A stretch of DNA of 61,731 nt from Chthonomonadales bacterium (lineage in GTDB: Bacteria; Armatimonadota; Chthonomonadetes; Chthonomonadales; CAJBBX01). The notes below the pieces were generated by a model, which ran no database searches, was not told the origin of the DNA, and was given only the letters and a program-made list of their open reading frames with translations. The stretch is taken from positions 1 to 61,731 of the forward strand of contig JBBIPC010000016.1 of the NCBI GenBank assembly GCA_037443035.1, given 5' to 3'. Shown here one piece after another: positions 40,479 to 49,616 of the stretch. Position numbers and translations under genes: made by a program. Numbering within the stretch: the stretch's first letter is position 1; each line of letters opens with the position of its first letter.

Positions 40479-41615
40479 ATGACAACCATTCTATGCCTGG
40501 CCGGATCTGCACTCCTCGCTGGTGCAGCCGTTGGCGCGCTCGGACCCCCGGATGAGCCGGGCCTGCCACGCCTACTTAGGGCCGAGCGGACGGTTGCGGT
40601 AACTGGCGGCGGCTACTTCCCTGTGCTGATTCAGCTCGAGGATGGGCGGTTGGCTGCCGTCGTGAGGGGCGGTGCACCGCATCTCGGGAAAGGCGGGCGG
40701 CTGGACTGGATCGAGTCGACAGACGGAGGACGAACATGGTCTCCACCGCGCACCATTGTGGATAGCGAGTGGGACGACCGGAACCCGGCTGTGGGTCAGA
40801 TGCGCAACGGTACGATAGTGGTGGCCTATGCCCAGTGTACTTGCTACAACGACCGCGGCGAGTGGGATCCCAAGGCAGGTTCTTTCCCCTTGTACTACGT
40901 CCTCTCGTACGACGGCGGTCGAGTTTGGACCCGTCCACGGCCGCTGCAAGCAGGTCCTATTGGCTCCGTCGGCTCTCCTTACGGCCGCATTGTCCTGTCG
41001 AAGGACGGCACGGCGCTCATGTCCGTCTATGGCGTCCCTGACCCAAACTACGAAGGTCCTGGGAAGCCTCCGCCAGGCTCTCATGGCGATATGGTGGGTG
41101 TTCTCCGTTCCACAGACAACGGCGAGACATGGGGCGATTTCAGCCTCATTTCTGCGGCAGACCATAACGAGACGGCATTGCTCCCTGTCTCGGGTGGACG
41201 GATCCTCGCCGCCATGCGAACGGGCAAGGGTCAGGTGGACGTCGCCGAGTCCTCCGACGGAGGCCGGACGTGGACAGCACCGCGACCGGTCACGGGCGGG
41301 CCCGACCGTGCATGGGCGGAGCATCCTGCCGACTTCGTGGCGCTGGGTGGGGGTAAGATCCTCATGGTGGTGGGACGGCGGCATGCACCGATGGGCGTCA
41401 TGGCCGTGGTCAGTCGAGACAGAGGGCGGACTTGGGATTACGCGAAGCGGTTCCTCGTCGGCTGGACCTCACAGAACACGGACTGCGGCTATCCGAGCGC
41501 CGTGCGTCTCCGGAACGGCACCATCGTCTGCCTCTACTACTCCGTCGGCACGACGGAGCTGCCCGGCGCAGCACAGGCCATCGCGGTGCGGTTTCGGGAG
41601 GCCGATATCCCATGA
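40479..41615 (+). CDS. Secreted BNR/Asp-box sialidase-like protein
   Basis: Signal peptide; five Asp-box repeats (STDGGRTW, SYDGGRVW, STDNGETW, SSDGGRTW, SRDRGRTW); DCGYPS. Confidence 0.82.
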   Translation: MTTILCLAGSALLAGAAVGALGPPDEPGLPRLLRAERTVAVTGGGYFPVLIQLEDGRLAAVVRGGAPHLGKGGRLDWIESTDGGRTWSPPRTIVDSEWDDRNPAVGQMRNGTIVVAYAQCTCYNDRGEWDPKAGSFPLYYVLSYDGGRVWTRPRPLQAGPIGSVGSPYGRIVLSKDGTALMSVYGVPDPNYEGPGKPPPGSHGDMVGVLRSTDNGETWGDFSLISAADHNETALLPVSGGRILAAMRTGKGQVDVAESSDGGRTWTAPRPVTGGPDRAWAEHPADFVALGGGKILMVVGRRHAPMGVMAVVSRDRGRTWDYAKRFLVGWTSQNTDCGYPSAVRLRNGTIVCLYYSVGTTELPGAAQAIAVRFREADIP

Positions 41616-41685
41616 GATGACCGTCGCCAGCTGCAGTTACCCGAGTGCCACGCGCTATGCCACGTAGAGCTACAAGGAGGGAATC

Positions 41686-42579
41686 ATGATCAACCGACGT
41701 GAGTTCGTCCGCGACGCTGCCGCGACCGCGGGCATCATTGCCTTGGGAACAGGTATGGACGCTTCGGAACAGCCTCCTCGTAAGCTTCCGCAAGTACGCC
41801 TTGGCAAGTCGGGCATCCGGTGCAGCCTCCTTGGCATGGGCACCGGTACCATAGGAGCTGGAAAGGCTTCGAACCAGACTCGGCTAGGCCAGGACCGCTT
41901 CACCGCCCTCGTCCATCATGCGTTCGAGAAGGGCATCACTCTCTTCGACTGCGCCGACCAGTACGGCTCCAATCCCTTCCTCGGCAAGGCCATCAGGGAC
42001 CTGCCCCGCAAGCAGATCGTCATCCAGACCAAGACGAACAGCCGGACCGCCGAAGGGGTCCGGGCCGATGTCGAACGTTTCCTGAATGAACTGCAGACCG
42101 ATTACATTGACAGCGTACTTCTCCATTGCATGATGCAGGACGACTGGAATGTACAGCTACGGGGTGCCATGGATGCGCTGGAGGACCTGAAGAGGCAGAA
42201 GAAGATCCGTGCCCATGGTGTTTCCTGCCACACGTTCGGCGCACTCCAAACAGCGGCGGCCGAGAGATGGGTAGACGTAGACCTGGCACGCTTCAATCCG
42301 TGGGGTCGCATGATGGACGTACCGCCGGGGGAGAGCGCCAACGCAGCGCCGCCCAGGGTGCGCGAGGTCCTGAAACGCATGAAGGATGCCGGCAAGGGCA
42401 TTCTCGGCATGAAGGTTCTCGCGGAGGGGCGGATGGCTCGCGGCGATGACAGGCTGGAGCGGCTGTACGAATCCGTGAAGTTCAGCATCGAGTCCGGCGT
42501 CATCGATGCCATGGTGATCGGCTTCGAGAGCGAGCAGCAGATAGACGAGGCCGTCGCGCAGACTCTCCGAGCGCTCTGA
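41686..42579 (+). CDS. Aldo/keto reductase with Tat signal
   Basis: INRREFV Tat motif; DCADQYG, TK, DYIDSVLLH, GVSCH and GMKV motifs; AAGGAGG RBS. Confidence 0.88.
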   Translation: MINRREFVRDAAATAGIIALGTGMDASEQPPRKLPQVRLGKSGIRCSLLGMGTGTIGAGKASNQTRLGQDRFTALVHHAFEKGITLFDCADQYGSNPFLGKAIRDLPRKQIVIQTKTNSRTAEGVRADVERFLNELQTDYIDSVLLHCMMQDDWNVQLRGAMDALEDLKRQKKIRAHGVSCHTFGALQTAAAERWVDVDLARFNPWGRMMDVPPGESANAAPPRVREVLKRMKDAGKGILGMKVLAEGRMARGDDRLERLYESVKFSIESGVIDAMVIGFESEQQIDEAVAQTLRAL

Positions 42580-42724
42580 CTACCGGGCTGTTGCTGCGTG
42601 CCTGTACTAGCTGGGCTAGCTACGACGTAGTCCGCGTGGGCAGTTCGGATGTGGTCTGCAGGTGCCGTAGATCTCGACGCCGTGCAACGGTCGTGTACTT
42701 ATGGGCCGGGCCAGACGAGCGTGC

Positions 42725-43693
42725 CTACGGCGTGAAGAGGACCTTGATGGCCTGACGTTGCTCTAGCAGATCTATGCCCAGGCTGTACTGGTGCAGGGGC
42801 AAGGTATGCGTGACAAGCCGCGAGAGGTCCAGCTTGCCCTCGGTCATCAATCGGACTGCGTATTCGGCCGCCGCACGGGAGTGGCCCGGGTAGCCGATGA
42901 GCGCCAGGCCCGGGTGGTAGTGACGCGGCGCGAAGACGTAGTCTTCTCTCTGCACTCCGAACAGCGCCACCCGCGAAGCCGCATGATCCATGGCCCATTC
43001 CACCGATGCCTTCGCTCCGACGCAGTCCACGATGACGTCGAGACTGGGCACCCCGGGACGCGCAGGGAACCTGGCCGACAGGTCTGACGTCGGGTCGTAG
43101 GCCTCGTCCACCGCCCATTCCGCAGCGTACCGCCGTCGGTCGGTTAGGGGATCGAACCCGATGACGCTGGAGGCACCCTCGGCCCGGGCCATCTGCGCCG
43201 CTACCAACCCTGCCGGTCCCAGGCCGTTTACACCGACGCCGACACCCGCAATGCCTCCCATCCTCTTCAGCAGCAGGAAAGTGGCGCCCACGCACATGCC
43301 GAGTTCGAGAGGCGCCGTCGCCTCGACTGGCAGGCTAGGTGGTACGCGGATGACATTCGCCGCGTCGAGTCGGACGTATTCCGCATAGCAACCCCAGACG
43401 TGGTGGCCGGGATCGCGCCACGCGCTGACACGGTCGCCGATCTCGAGGTCGGTAACGCCCGGCCCGACCACCGTTATGACGCCTGTCGCTTCGTGACCTG
43501 GCTGCCCGGGAGTATATGGGTACTCGAAACGATGCCCTACGAACATGGGTTCGTCGTGCCGCAGGTGAAGGTCCCATTGCGGGCACGTGGTTACACCAAG
43601 CACTTGCATGACGACTTGGCCGGGCCCAGGCTCCGGCAGAGGCACCTCTAGCACGGCCACGTCGGGATAACGACCGATCTGCAGAATCTTCAT
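42725..43693 (-). CDS. Zinc-binding (MDR) dehydrogenase
   Basis: TCPQWD, PGHEATG and GLGPAG motifs; no structural-Zn cysteines. Confidence 0.82.
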   Translation of the reverse strand: MKILQIGRYPDVAVLEVPLPEPGPGQVVMQVLGVTTCPQWDLHLRHDEPMFVGHRFEYPYTPGQPGHEATGVITVVGPGVTDLEIGDRVSAWRDPGHHVWGCYAEYVRLDAANVIRVPPSLPVEATAPLELGMCVGATFLLLKRMGGIAGVGVGVNGLGPAGLVAAQMARAEGASSVIGFDPLTDRRRYAAEWAVDEAYDPTSDLSARFPARPGVPSLDVIVDCVGAKASVEWAMDHAASRVALFGVQREDYVFAPRHYHPGLALIGYPGHSRAAAEYAVRLMTEGKLDLSRLVTHTLPLHQYSLGIDLLEQRQAIKVLFTP

Positions 43694-43718
43694 GGAACCC
43701 CATTCTCCTCTCCGAGAC

Positions 43719-44717
43719 CTACCAATCGAGCACGACGCCAAGCACTGGCTCGCGGCGAAGCAGGATGCAATCGTAGGCGGCAGGAGCCTCTGCGACCGGT
43801 ACGCGATGGCTGATCAAGGGCAGCGTGCTCAGTACACCCTCCGCTAGCAAGCTCAGCGTCGCGTCCATCCGTTCCTTCGACCAGCCCGCAGGGGCATGCA
43901 GTGTCAGCTCTCCATTGCGAAGCATCTGGATGTCAACTTTGCCCTCATGCCCGTAGAAACCGGCCGAAGAGATATGCCCGCCATGACGCACGAGGGGCAG
44001 GAGGCGCTCCAATGTCTCCACAGACCCGACGGTGTCCGCCACGACCTGGAGACCTTCCGGGGCCCACGCGCGGATACTCGCGAGCCAATCTGCGCAAGCG
44101 CTCCTGTTGACAACGGCATCTTCCGGTCCGAGCCGTAGGAGTGCCAGCCGCTCGTCGTGCTTTCCCAGCATCAGCACATGGGCGCCACGGTGTTGCAGCG
44201 TCTGGGCCGACCAGTGACCGACGAGGCCATCGCCGATGACTACGGCTCTGTCTCCCGGGCGAAGAGACGGTCGCGTACCGACGTTGTAACCGACCTGAGT
44301 GAGCACCAGGCCCGACGCCGCCACGGGATCCAGACCCACCGGCAGCTTCCATACTTGGGAGCCATGCGTGACCGCCGGCGAGACATGACCTCCGAAATCG
44401 TAGAACATGCCTTGCACACGGGACACGCTGGCGAACACGACGTCACCCGGCTGGACATGGCTGATGCCTGGCCCGGTCCACGTGACCGTTCCCACTTTCT
44501 GATAGCCAGGTACGTGGGGAAAGGGCAACGGGTCCGTCCTGCCTCTGGGGGTATCACCGGCGATCCGTTCTCCACGGATGAAGGATCCCTCGGTACCATT
44601 GCTTATCCAAGAATGGGTAACCCGGACAACGACGTCCTCCATTCCCGGAGTGGGCACCTCGACGTCCCGTACCTCCACGTGCCAAGGCTTCACAGCCACT
44701 ACTGCGCGCGCATGCAT
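43719..44717 (-). CDS. MDR family dehydrogenase lacking canonical Zn ligands
   Basis: ISNGTE, PGYQKVG and GDGLVG motifs. Confidence 0.8.
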   Translation of the reverse strand: MHARAVVAVKPWHVEVRDVEVPTPGMEDVVVRVTHSWISNGTEGSFIRGERIAGDTPRGRTDPLPFPHVPGYQKVGTVTWTGPGISHVQPGDVVFASVSRVQGMFYDFGGHVSPAVTHGSQVWKLPVGLDPVAASGLVLTQVGYNVGTRPSLRPGDRAVVIGDGLVGHWSAQTLQHRGAHVLMLGKHDERLALLRLGPEDAVVNRSACADWLASIRAWAPEGLQVVADTVGSVETLERLLPLVRHGGHISSAGFYGHEGKVDIQMLRNGELTLHAPAGWSKERMDATLSLLAEGVLSTLPLISHRVPVAEAPAAYDCILLRREPVLGVVLDW

Positions 44718-44752
44718 CACGCCGTCCCCTTCCCTAGACTGAGCCGAGCTGC

Positions 44753-46609
44753 TCAGCGATCCTCCTCACCCTTGAAATACTCCCTGAGTGCTTCGGCAGC
44801 CTTCCGGTTCATTCCTGGACAGGATGCTAGCTCTTCCACCGTAGCTTCCCGCATGCGAGCCACACTGCCAAACTGCTTGATCAAAGCACGCGCGCGTGCT
44901 GGGCCGATACCAGGTACCTCCAGCAGGGCACTGCGAGTGTGTTTCTTGCCCTGGAGCATGATGCGATACGCGTTGGCGAAGCGGTGTGCCTCATCGCGAA
45001 TGCGCTGCACGAGAAACAGTGCCTGGGAGTCCCGTGGCAGGGCCACCGGAGTAGGGTCGTCGGGCAGGACGAGGAGCTCGAAGCGCTTGGCAAGACCGCA
45101 CAGGGGGATGGCCAATCCCAGCTCATCCATGGCCGCAGCAGCCGCCGCCACCTGCCCCTGCCCACCATCCACGATGAGCAGATCGGGCATGGCGGCGAAG
45201 CGTACCTCCCCCTCGAGGGCTGCCGATAGTCGCCGCGACAGCACCTCGCGGATCATGCGGGGATCGTCCGGATGCTCCAGATGCATGCGTATGCGGAACC
45301 GGCGATACTCCGACTTCTTCATCTCTCCGCCTTCGCACACCACCATGGAGCCGACGAAGGCTTCGGATTGGAAGTTGGAGATGTCGTAGCACTCGATCCT
45401 CCGCGGAGGCTCGGGCAAGTGGAGATGTTCCGCCAGCTCGCGGAGGGCCTTGTCAGCGCTGCTCAGACGCGCCCGCATCTCGGCCCGCATCTGCTCCAGC
45501 GCATGGGCCGCATTCTCCTGGGCCAGCTCCACGAGCTTCCGTTTGTCACCGCGGACGGGCACCGTTATCTCCACTTTCGCGCCGCGCTTGTTCCGGAGCC
45601 AGGACTCCACGATCGTCGCCTCAGCGATGTCGCAAGGCAGCAGCACCTCCTGAGGTATCTCGGCGGCTGTTTGGTAGTACTGCTTCACGAACTCCTGCAC
45701 AGCTTCGCAGGTGTCCGAGTCTTCGTCGGCCCCTTCCAGCACGAAATGGTTCTGGCCGACGAGCTTGCCACCGCGAATGTAGAACATCTGCACGGCCGCA
45801 CTGCCATCCTCGCGAACGAACGCGATGACGTCCTGATCAATCATGCGCGAACTGATCACCTTCTGACGCTCCAGCACCTGTTCGACGGCCTGTATCTGGT
45901 CCCGCAGTTTCGCAGCGCGCTCGAACCGCAGCTCTTCGGCGGCTGCCTCCATCTCCTTCCGAAGATCCCTCAGGACATTCTCCTGCCTGCCGCTGAGGAA
46001 CGCGACCGCGCTACGCACTGTCTGCTGATACTCCTGCTGCAACTCTGGCGTGGCGCCTGCGCAGGGTGCCGGGCACCGGCCCATATGGTGGTAGAGACAC
46101 GGACGCCGCAAAGGTCGGCCATCGTAACGCTTTCCGCACGTAACGATGGGGAAGATGCGCTTGACGAGGTCCATCATGGCAAAGACTGCTCGATTGCTCG
46201 TGTAGGGGCCGAAGTAGCGATTGCCGTCCGCTCGGATGCGCCTCGTCATGAGGAGCCTGGGGTACGGCTCGGATGTGGTCAGGCACAGGTACGGGTAATG
46301 CTTGTCATCTCGGAGCCGGACGTTGTACTGCGGCCGGTACCGCTTGATGAGATTGCACTCCAGAACGAGCGCCTCCAGCTCTCCGTCGGTAAGTATCGTC
46401 TCGAGATCCCGCACATCGGCCACCATGCGGCGAACCTTGGGACTGAGCTGGGAGCTCTTCTGGAAGTAAGATCGGACCCGTTGACGCAAGCTGACGGCTT
46501 TGCCAACATAGATCACTGTGCCCGCAGCGTTCTTGAACAGGTAGCAGCCGGGCTTGGCTGGTAGTTCGGCGAGTTTCTCGCGCAATGCGGCGGTCCGAGC
46601 GGAACGCAT
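44753..46609 (-). CDS. uvrC: Excinuclease ABC subunit C
   Basis: GCYLF..IYVGKA..LRQRVRSYF (GIY-YIG), FERAAKLRD, IECYDISN, DGGQGQ, RIRDEAHRFA and HhH motifs. Confidence 0.97.
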   Translation of the reverse strand: MRSARTAALREKLAELPAKPGCYLFKNAAGTVIYVGKAVSLRQRVRSYFQKSSQLSPKVRRMVADVRDLETILTDGELEALVLECNLIKRYRPQYNVRLRDDKHYPYLCLTTSEPYPRLLMTRRIRADGNRYFGPYTSNRAVFAMMDLVKRIFPIVTCGKRYDGRPLRRPCLYHHMGRCPAPCAGATPELQQEYQQTVRSAVAFLSGRQENVLRDLRKEMEAAAEELRFERAAKLRDQIQAVEQVLERQKVISSRMIDQDVIAFVREDGSAAVQMFYIRGGKLVGQNHFVLEGADEDSDTCEAVQEFVKQYYQTAAEIPQEVLLPCDIAEATIVESWLRNKRGAKVEITVPVRGDKRKLVELAQENAAHALEQMRAEMRARLSSADKALRELAEHLHLPEPPRRIECYDISNFQSEAFVGSMVVCEGGEMKKSEYRRFRIRMHLEHPDDPRMIREVLSRRLSAALEGEVRFAAMPDLLIVDGGQGQVAAAAAAMDELGLAIPLCGLAKRFELLVLPDDPTPVALPRDSQALFLVQRIRDEAHRFANAYRIMLQGKKHTRSALLEVPGIGPARARALIKQFGSVARMREATVEELASCPGMNRKAAEALREYFKGEEDR

Positions 46610-46723
46610 GGGGCTGGTCCTACAGTGTTAGGCGAATCGCCCAGGCCGGCGTTCGGAGTGGCTCAACGAACGTCTTGTTGAGCTTCGTTGTGATCGGTGA
46701 TTCGCCATTGTGCGCCATTTGTC

Positions 46724-46849
46724 TGGTAGAATGGTCCTCTATCATCAGGAGTACGTGTAACCGGTGCTTGTTGTCGGCGTCTCGTCTGGTATACGGCCGA
46801 GGCAATGGGCACATCGCACAAGCATACAAGGGGATACTACCTGACGGAG
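46724..46849 (+). promoter_or_regulatory. Extended -10 promoter (TGGTAGAAT) followed by a structured ~115-nt 5' leader of the NlpC/P60 gene
   Basis: TCAGG-AGTA pairs with TACT-A-CCTGA, TGCTTGT with ACAAGCA, and TCGGC with GCCGA. The GGAG RBS follows 1 nt after the stem. Confidence 0.4.
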
Positions 46850-46860
46850 TGGGACTAGCT

Positions 46861-47712
46861 TTGGAGCGCCATATCTTGAGACGATGCCATGCCTTGCTGA
46901 CATTCGCATTCGCCTGTCTTGCGGCTACTGCCCAGGCGGATGACGTTCTGGTCCTCGAGCTGCCGACACAGGAAGCCTACCAGGCATCTCTCTCAGCACG
47001 CGGTGCAGGGGAGAGCACTCGACGTACCGAGGAGCTTCCAAGCCGTCACGCAACAGCCCGGACGACAGCGGCTAAGCATGAGAACGTGGTGGGCAGACTT
47101 GGCGTGACTTCGGCACCGGCTCCCATCTATGCACAGGCGTCCACGAGCGCGCGCATGCTCGCCCGGGTCGAAGCTGGGACCTACCTGGCGATCTGCCGCA
47201 CAGCACCTAGCTGGTACGCCGTGCTCATGTCCGACCGGTCCCTTGGGTGGATACCCGGTCACACGGTGAAACTGCTGGACTACGAAGTCGTGGCGCAGCC
47301 AGGATCCTCCCAATCTCCGCGGCCCGGTCTCGACAACCCGCTGCTGACAGCGAATCAGCGGACGATCATCCAGACCGCGTACAGCTTCCTCGGCGTGCCC
47401 TACCGATGGGGTGGGACGTCCGCCAATGGCATGGACTGCTCGGCTTTCGTCCAGCGCTGCTTCTCGTCAGTCGGCATCCGGCTTCCCAGAACCGCTCGGG
47501 AACAGTTCCAGTGCGGCATGCCTGTCGCCGTTGCACAGCTCCAAGCAGGCGATCGGGTGTACTTCCAGAACAAGGACGGCACGATCACGCACACGGGCAT
47601 CTATATCGGAGAGGGATACTTCATCCACTCCTCCAGCAGTCGCAAGGGCGTTGCTGTCAGCCGCCTGGACGAGCCCATGTACGCCCGCATGTACGCGGGA
47701 GCACGCCGCTAG
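46861..47712 (+). CDS. Secreted SH3 + NlpC/P60 peptidoglycan endopeptidase
   Basis: Signal peptide ending AQA; SH3b-like WYAV...GWI; LGVPYRWGG...DCSAFV, LPRTAREQ and HTGIYIG..FIHSSS. TTG 46861 follows GGAG. Confidence 0.9.
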   Translation: MERHILRRCHALLTFAFACLAATAQADDVLVLELPTQEAYQASLSARGAGESTRRTEELPSRHATARTTAAKHENVVGRLGVTSAPAPIYAQASTSARMLARVEAGTYLAICRTAPSWYAVLMSDRSLGWIPGHTVKLLDYEVVAQPGSSQSPRPGLDNPLLTANQRTIIQTAYSFLGVPYRWGGTSANGMDCSAFVQRCFSSVGIRLPRTAREQFQCGMPVAVAQLQAGDRVYFQNKDGTITHTGIYIGEGYFIHSSSSRKGVAVSRLDEPMYARMYAGARR

Positions 47713-47716
47713 GCAT

Positions 47717-48592
47717 TCACTGGCCTCGCATCCTCGGATCCAGCGCATCGCGAAGAGAATCGCCGAGGAAGTTGAAGGACAGCACGAGCATCGCCAGCGC
47801 AACCGATGGGTAGACCAATAACATCGGGGCTGAGCGAAGGTACGGCAGCGCATCGCTAATCATCCTTCCCCAGCTCGGGAAGGGGGGCTGGATGCCGATT
47901 CCAAGGAAACTCAGCGTCGCCTCCGCCAGTACCACATTGGCGATATCTACCGTCGCTGCTACAAGTATGGGACTCAACGTATTCGGTAGCAGGTGGCGCA
48001 AGATCACTTGCCAGTCGGGCACCCCGATGGCTCTGGCCGCTTCCACGAACTCCTTCTCTCGCAAGGCAAGCGCCTGACCTCGAACGAGGCGAGCCATGCT
48101 GGGCCAGTTCACCAGGGCCAGGGCCACAAAGACCGTCAGGAAGCTGGCGAACGCCGAGCTCGGCCGCAGAATGCCTACCAGCAGAATGGCAAACAACAGA
48201 TCCGGGAACGCGAACATAGCATCAGTCACGCGCATAAGCAGCGTATCCCAGACCCTCCCTTTGTAGGCGGCGAGCAGGCCAAGCGTTACGCCGATGAGGA
48301 CCTCGATGGCCTCTACGATGACGCCGATAGATAGGGAGACTCGTGCGCCGTACAGAAGCCGAGCCCATTGGTCCTGGCCCTGATTGTCCGTACCGAGGAG
48401 GTGGCCTCGCGTGGGCCCGACGAGGACGTGCTGTCGGTCCACGGAGTCGTAGGCATGACCGCTGAGAAACGGCGCGAAGACGGCGCCGAGAACCATGGCG
48501 CCGATGACACACATGCTCAGCACCGCGACGGGGTTACTCCGCAAGCGGGCCATCGCGCTGGGCCTAGATCCGGTCAGTTCAGCTCCGCTCAC
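47717..48592 (-). CDS. Peptide/nickel ABC transporter permease (OppC/DppC-like)
   Basis: HLLGTD..G.D...RLLYGARVSL, EFVEAARAIG, RHLLPN and LRDALDPR motifs. GTGA overlap with the upstream permease. Confidence 0.92.
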   Translation of the reverse strand: MSGAELTGSRPSAMARLRSNPVAVLSMCVIGAMVLGAVFAPFLSGHAYDSVDRQHVLVGPTRGHLLGTDNQGQDQWARLLYGARVSLSIGVIVEAIEVLIGVTLGLLAAYKGRVWDTLLMRVTDAMFAFPDLLFAILLVGILRPSSAFASFLTVFVALALVNWPSMARLVRGQALALREKEFVEAARAIGVPDWQVILRHLLPNTLSPILVAATVDIANVVLAEATLSFLGIGIQPPFPSWGRMISDALPYLRSAPMLLVYPSVALAMLVLSFNFLGDSLRDALDPRMRGQ

Positions 48593-49521
48593 TTGACCGC
48601 CTCGTACCGCACACGCGGATCCACAAGGGCGTACAGAACATCCACTACAAGGTTCACGGAGATGAACAGCGTGGCGACTAGGAGCGCTACGGCCTGGATG
48701 ACGGGATAGTCGCGTGCGAGGATGCAGTGGATGGACTCGTAGCCGATTCCGGGGATACCGAAGACGGTCTCCACGACGAACGAACCAGTCAGAAGGTAGC
48801 CGAAGCTGTTGCCAAGCGCAGTCAACACCGGCAAGAAGGCGTTCTTCAGGGCGTGGCGGCGGATAACCTGCGCGGTAGAAAGACCTTTCGCATAGGCCGT
48901 GCGTATGTAATCCTGCCGGAGCACCTCGACAAGTGACGAGCGCATGAGACGCGCCATGAGGGCCGCCGGACGTGCCGCCAGGACCAGAACGGGCATGACC
49001 CAGTATGCTGGTCCCTCCCATCCAGAAGCTGGAAGCCACTCCAGACGCAACGCGAACAGCAGCATCAACAGGGGGGCCAGTACGAACGGCGGAGTAGACA
49101 CCAAGAGCAACACGCTGCCCATGACGAGACGATCGGGCAATCGGTTCTGATAGAGTGCGGCAGCCACGCCTGCTGGCAGTCCCATGATCATGGCGGTCAC
49201 AATGGCCAGGCAGGCCAGCAGCGCCGTCGTCGGAAACTGTTCGGCGATCAGCTCGGAGACGGGCTTCTCGCCATTAGCGAAGGACCTGCCTAGATCGCCC
49301 TGCAGGGCGTTGAGCACGAACCGCTCATACTGGACCAGGGGCGGCAGATCCAGTCCATATTCATGTTCGAGCCGGCGGCGCACCTCCGGATCGCCGTGTT
49401 GGCCCATCAGGAGGTCAATGGGGCTCCCTGGCGCAAGAAAGCCGAGGAAGAAGGTGATGAACGAGACGACGATGAGCGTTGGGACAGCTAGCGCCAGTCT
49501 CTTGGCAACGTAGACAAGCAC
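48589..49521 (-). CDS. Peptide/nickel ABC transporter permease (OppB/DppB-like)
   Basis: GDLGRS, DYIRTAYAKGL, HALKNA, VETVFGIPGIG and LYALVDPRVR motifs. Confidence 0.93.
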   Translation of the reverse strand: MLVYVAKRLALAVPTLIVVSFITFFLGFLAPGSPIDLLMGQHGDPEVRRRLEHEYGLDLPPLVQYERFVLNALQGDLGRSFANGEKPVSELIAEQFPTTALLACLAIVTAMIMGLPAGVAAALYQNRLPDRLVMGSVLLLVSTPPFVLAPLLMLLFALRLEWLPASGWEGPAYWVMPVLVLAARPAALMARLMRSSLVEVLRQDYIRTAYAKGLSTAQVIRRHALKNAFLPVLTALGNSFGYLLTGSFVVETVFGIPGIGYESIHCILARDYPVIQAVALLVATLFISVNLVVDVLYALVDPRVRYEAVK

Positions 49522-49616
49522 GTACGGAAGATACCTGACGCCAGCCCTCTTCTCCTACGGGCGAAGAGGACACTCCCACTGTCAGGGTCCTGTGTCAACA
49601 GCAGGAGAGCGCGGCT

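Noticed and set aside
42580..42724. Minus-strand peptide LHGVEIYGTCRPHPNC resembling a Fur C-terminus
   Set aside because: Too short, lacks CxxC spacing, and has no start or further similarity.
46667..46680. CGAAC-GTCTT-GTTG as an SOS box for uvrC
   Set aside because: Wrong spacing and a mismatch relative to GAAC-N4-GTTC.
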